DNA of 62,424 nt, filler included, from Cladosporium halotolerans (Eukaryota): NCBI RefSeq assembly GCF_011745625.1. It is 8 parts of 8 records of this genome, joined end to end, with 100 filler letters (N's around TTAATTAATTAA, not from the genome) between each part and the next. Parts side by side here need not be neighbours in the genome. Positions count along the whole stretch, not along the records: positions 55,072 to 62,424 come from NW_027191630.1; 7 more parts are not named here. One strand, 5' to 3'. Below, piece by piece: positions 58,056 through 62,424 of the stretch; within the stretch, counting starts at the first letter, position 1; each line of letters begins with the position of its first letter. The notes under the pieces are model-generated. The model was not told the origin of the DNA. It was given only the letters and a program-made list of their open reading frames with translations, and did no database searches. The position numbers were made by a program, and so were the translations under genes.

Positions 58056-59468
58056 ATGCCTCAAACAAGCGTCGAAGAAGTGATCGTACAGAGCCTTGAC
58101 GGCGGCGGCTTGGACTGGAATTGTCTGGAAAACATCAGGAATCATTGCGACAACGACGCCGATTTGGTTCTGACAATACTGCAGAATCGACCTATCATTG
58201 CCTGCGCTTCTCTTTCACCACCAGCACAGGACGATCTTCTCGACAAACTTCGAGCTGGTGCTCAGATCGATCCTGCGCTTCGCCGATTTTGGTCGAATCT
58301 GCACACGATCCCCGAATGGGTTGACTGGGCGCAACTGGAGAGGGGACAACGTGTTTTCCACCGCTACATTCTGGCATCCATCACGGGATTCGTTCTGCAA
58401 GGCTTTGTGGGTGAGAACTCATCGGCCTCGGGAGTGGTTGAAGTCTTGAGCAGGACTGGTGGATTCCATCCCGAAAACCTGTCGCGGAGACTGCAAGAGA
58501 CTTTTCGATGGCTCCTCGAGATTACAGCCGATTTGAAATCCATTCAGCCAGGCGGTAAAGGCCATGCAGATACAATCAGGGTACGGTTGCTGCACGCGCA
58601 AGTCCGCCAACGTATCCTGAAATTGACCGAGCAAAAACCGAGCTACTACGACCAAGGCAGATACGGGCCTCCGATCAACACTCTGGACTCCATTCATTCC
58701 ATATCAACGTTCTGCTGCAGCCCAGTGTGGTCGCAGCTCCCAAAAATCGGAGTCTACCCGACGCAAGAGGAGATCACAGACTACGTTGCACTTTTTCGCT
58801 ACGTGGGTCATCTGCTGGGAGTTCCAGATGTGCTTTTCGATTCGACGGATCGCGCGATGGCGATCATGGAAACGATCATGCTTCACGAATCGCAGTCAAG
58901 CGAGCGCTCCAGCGTCATTGCGAAAAACTTCATCGAGACGATTACGTCCACCAACCCCTGCACGTTGTCTGTCGGATTTGTCGCAGCGGGCTCACGCTGC
59001 ATGAATGGCGACGGACTGTGCGATGCCCTCGGTATACCGCGAGCGGCAGGTATCCATTACGCCACTTTTCGAGGGTGTTGCTGGCTCGCGTCTACGTTTT
59101 GTTTTCTGCAACGAAGATCCTGCGCCATGGACCGCGCTCTCATCAGCGCAAGTTGATCTTCCCACAACGGCAAAGCAATCGCTGACAAGTGCTATCAGGC
59201 GTCACGCAGGACTCTCAACCGTATATTCGTTGTAACCAATCATTCCGAAACGGAAGGACGGCCGTTTGTACTACGCTACGTACCGACGCACTCTGGCCCC
59301 AGGGTTATTGGCGCGAAAGGTGGCGGCGCTTTGCGCCTCACAGTCAACGTCGAACTCATCTTTCGGGTCGTATTCGCACTCTATTGCTCTGTATACCTTT
59401 TGTTCGGCATATCAGCGGGCGCAGCCTTGTCCCGCTTCGTGACGGACCTTGTTGCTGCTCGCAAATGA
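58056..59468 (+). CDS. MpaB/Lcp-like (DUF2236) ER-bound heme oxygenase; GC-AG intron 59148-59198; C-terminal TM helix
   Basis: IPEWVDWAQLERGQRVF, RRLQETF, IRVRLLHAQVR (heme His), PINTLD, FRYVGHLLG; exon 2 FVLRYVP...LIFRVVFALYCSVYLLFGI...RK*. Confidence 0.85.
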
Positions 59469-60906
59469 TAGTGCAAGCAAACGATTTCTTATCTCGCGAA
59501 GCGCTAATTGCCAGCACTTTGTTAACCACGGAGTACAAAATACATGGGTAAATGCAGCTTTGAATGATTTTAAGAAGCCATCGAGTGCGCAGTCCACTGA
59601 CTAAATGATTGAAGGCCTTCAATGAATCACTAGGTGTCACAGTGGACATTTATCGGATCTATAGATCGACAGGGCACAGTATGCTCGCTCGTGTTGGGCA
59701 TCAAAAGTCTGGAAGTAGATACTGTCTGCTCGTTTGGCCCTTGTTCGATGATGGCATGAGACCTCGACAGTGCGGTGATGATCGGCCATATTACGCAATA
59801 GTGAGTATGGCTTCGCTCTCACATAACAATTTGATGTTGTAGGGCATGGACATACCAACTCTATGTTCGGCCGTCATCAAATGTCTCAGCGTAAATGCTG
59901 AGTGCTTGTACCACGAGCTGGTTGATTGAATGCAAAAATTTGGCCCTTGATGCCGCTGACGTGTATGATTGGAGGTTGGTGGTGCTGTGGTCTAATCTCG
60001 CCCAATACCACTTGAGTCTGTCGTCACGAGCAGTGAACAGAAATAAGCTTACGTCTGGGAAGACTCGGAGGAGCTTTTACTGCCGCGTTCAGCTAACGAT
60101 AAGAGAAGTCTGCTCCCATGTCCTGGTCAAGCCGAGCTAAGTTTAGGTCTTGCTGACTGCTGACTCGTGCGATTGTAAACTGGTGTTGGTGGTGGTTCTG
60201 GCGGTGTGGATTCTGACTCAGTACTACTGCGCAAGCTGATGATTATGGAGTGACGGTGTTTCGTGCCGGTACTGGCCAAGAAGGCGCAGTATACTCACTT
60301 GTGTTGGTCGTGCAAGCATGAAAGCCACCCAGCGTCGATCAATCTCGCTCAGACATGCCATCACGATGAGAGGAAGTTGCTGCCGAGCCATCGGGTCGGT
60401 AAGTGACAGGCCTAGCGTACTGTAAGTTTCCCCAGTTCTGCATGAGGCGGCCATCAACAGTCTGAAGAAGGGTATCTCCGAAAGCGCAGGTCGGCAGCTG
60501 ACGGTGTCACCAAGCTCCCCCTTTATCGCAAGACCAACGAGCATGATGAAATCCGCGACAGCCAGAATATGAGCAACTTCGAAGCACAGAGGAGTGATAC
60601 TACTGTTTTGGTCACTTCATCCTTTCAATAATCCGAGCATCTCGTCTGCTGTCAACAATTGAACAAGTACGTCTCAAGCTTGCAAAGCAGATGTTCACAC
60701 CCAGTGGCCAGTTCCCGGCGGGCTGTGATCGACAAGGTTTTAAGACTCACAAGATATGTATGTAGAGTAGCGTCTCGGCGAGCGGCCGGTAGTGCCACAA
60801 TTGGCCGTGTCCGCCGTGGCCAGGTTTTCTTCGCATCTCTCTAATAAATTGCTGCAGGGTTCTTGAGGTGAGTTTCTTCCTGCAAAAACTTGAAATTTTA
60901 CGAGAC

Positions 60907-62117
60907 ATGTCTGACCCACGCGAAATATGTGTGAGGTTCCCCAAATTCTTCGTTGGCTTCCTTGCCCCAGCACCGATCCTCAATACCAACTATGCAGCTG
61001 TCCGCAAAGCCTCTGAGAATTCAATGCTCAGGTTTGGCTATTTTTCTTTTAAAATTAGAAGATTATCCTAACCTTCCGGCTAGATCTTGCGACTTGACCG
61101 CCCGACAGACTCGAGCAATCCTCGATTGCAACTTCTCCTACTTCGCGGCTGTGATGGTTCCCTTTGCGGACGCTGAGCTCCTACGCATAATTTGCGATTG
61201 GGGGAATTGGATCTTTCCTTTCGATGATTTGTTTGACAATGGCAACGTCCGCAACGATGTCGCCCGAGCTTCAGAGGTGATGGACACTCTGGAAGCGACC
61301 TTTCGTGAAGGTAGCAAGAGCGGACGAAGCCGACAAGATGACTGCAAGCACATCAAGCCTCTGCTCGACATTGCACGCATGCACGAAGGCATATTTTCAG
61401 CCATCAGATTGCATTCCTCTGCTGGTGAGTAGAAGCGCAAATCATAAAAATGCAGCCACACGAGACACCAGTCGCTGATTTACAGTAACAGGTATCTGTC
61501 GCCGCTATGTTTCGTCCATGGCCGAGTACCGTGAAGGCTCGATGGCCCAGGTGCGACAGGTACAGACGGCGCACGAAGCAAGCTTTGAGCGCCTTCTCAG
61601 GCAAAGACGGCAATCCGTCTGCGTCGCACCCCTTTTCGCACTGGTCGAACTTGGGCATCGCATCCGCCTTCCAGATGAAGCTTTTGATGACCACAGAGTC
61701 CAGAGCATTCAGAGGCTCGGCATCGAGATCACTCTACTTCACAACGATGTGCTTTCGTACCACAAAGAGGAAAAGGAAGGAGTGCCGCATAATGTGATCA
61801 CGGCCTGCAGGAAGCAAGGCCTGAGTGCGCAAACAGCTTTGGATTTTGTCGGCTCGGAGGTTTCGCACCGCATCGCGGACTTTGAGCGTACCGCGCGCGA
61901 GCTCGACGAATCGAGGGACGAATGGTCGGACGAGCTTGTGCGCTACATTCAGGGCATCAGAGACGTGATCAGAGCAAACCTGCATTGGAGCTTTCACTCG
62001 AACAGGTTTCTCTCTCCTGAACAAAAGTTCACGCTGTTGAAAGAAGGCACTTTGCAGCTTGCAAGCGGAATTTCTGGTGCTCCAACAGCATCGCGACCTG
62101 CTCCGGCTATGACATAA
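60907..62117 (+). CDS. Class I terpene cyclase (sesquiterpene synthase-like); introns 61032-61083 and 61425-61491
   Basis: WIFPFDDLFDNG (DDxxD), RRQSV effector region, HNDVLSYHKE (NSE/DTE), WSFHSNRF (RY as RF); both introns restore the frame. Confidence 0.92.
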
Positions 62118-62325
62118 CGGGCTTGCGCCGCAGACACCTGCTTCTGATCATACCACATGATCCTGTCCAAGCCTATTGAGAATCGGCAAGTCATTTGAAA
62201 GGAGCGTATTTTCCTGCCACTCAAGGGTCGGTGAGAGGTCTGAAGCCTAAAGTGCATCCTGCCGCAGCGAACAGTCGGGTGCGGGGAAAAGCTTGTACAA
62301 GTCAGCACACATTGTAGGGCCACAC

Positions 62326-62424
62326 AAAAAGACGCTTTTCAAGTAAATACTGTGCCTAGTTGGCAGATCTAACCAATGGCCGCCACTGTGCGCCCGTCGT
62401 CGCAGCTCGACGACAGCGCGTCGA
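62326..62424 (+). repeat. Terminus of the same unassembled repeat as 16298-16392
   Basis: AAAAAGACGCTTTTCAAGTAAATACTGTGCCTAG... is the exact reverse complement of the start of contig 3. Confidence 0.9.

Noticed and set aside
1..62424. Whole window as one giant island or Starship carrying SQR-PDO, TFs and the terpene cluster
   Set aside because: Contigs are size-sorted and joined by synthetic linkers; no tyrosine-recombinase captain (DUF3435) was recognised, so cross-gap synteny has no support.

Overview
Fungal DNA (ascomycete, probably Dothideomycete-like; short GT-AG introns with CTRAC branch sites). The window is not one locus. It is eight unplaced contigs in decreasing size order (8066, 8031, 7896, 7867, 7528, 7494, 7489, 7353 bp) joined by artificial N44-TTAATTAATTAA-N44 linkers, so adjacency across gaps means nothing. 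The content is accessory and repeat-rich. Mobile DNA: five decayed Fot1/pogo DNA transposons (three with both TIRs and TA TSDs), a Tc1-like DD36E element, a hAT relic, a Tad1-like LINE with poly(A) and 12-bp TSD whose ORF2 lacks the reverse-transcriptase core in frame, two other LINE fragments and a RIP-eroded solo LTR. Best host-gene findings: (1) a head-to-head pair of sulfide:quinone oxidoreductase and Blh/ETHE1-type persulfide dioxygenase, both with predicted mitochondrial presequences, sharing a 434-bp promoter that holds a perfect CGG-N12-CCG palindrome (a compact H2S-oxidation module); (2) a co-oriented FAD oxidoreductase / MpaB-Lcp-type heme oxygenase / class I terpene cyclase cluster. 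Also present: a Zn2Cys6 factor, a Myb-like gene, a Pth11-like membrane protein, a hydrophilin-like gene, a decayed SsdA-like deaminase and a stranded GEA2/GBF1 fragment. All family calls come from motif recognition by eye; no searches were run.
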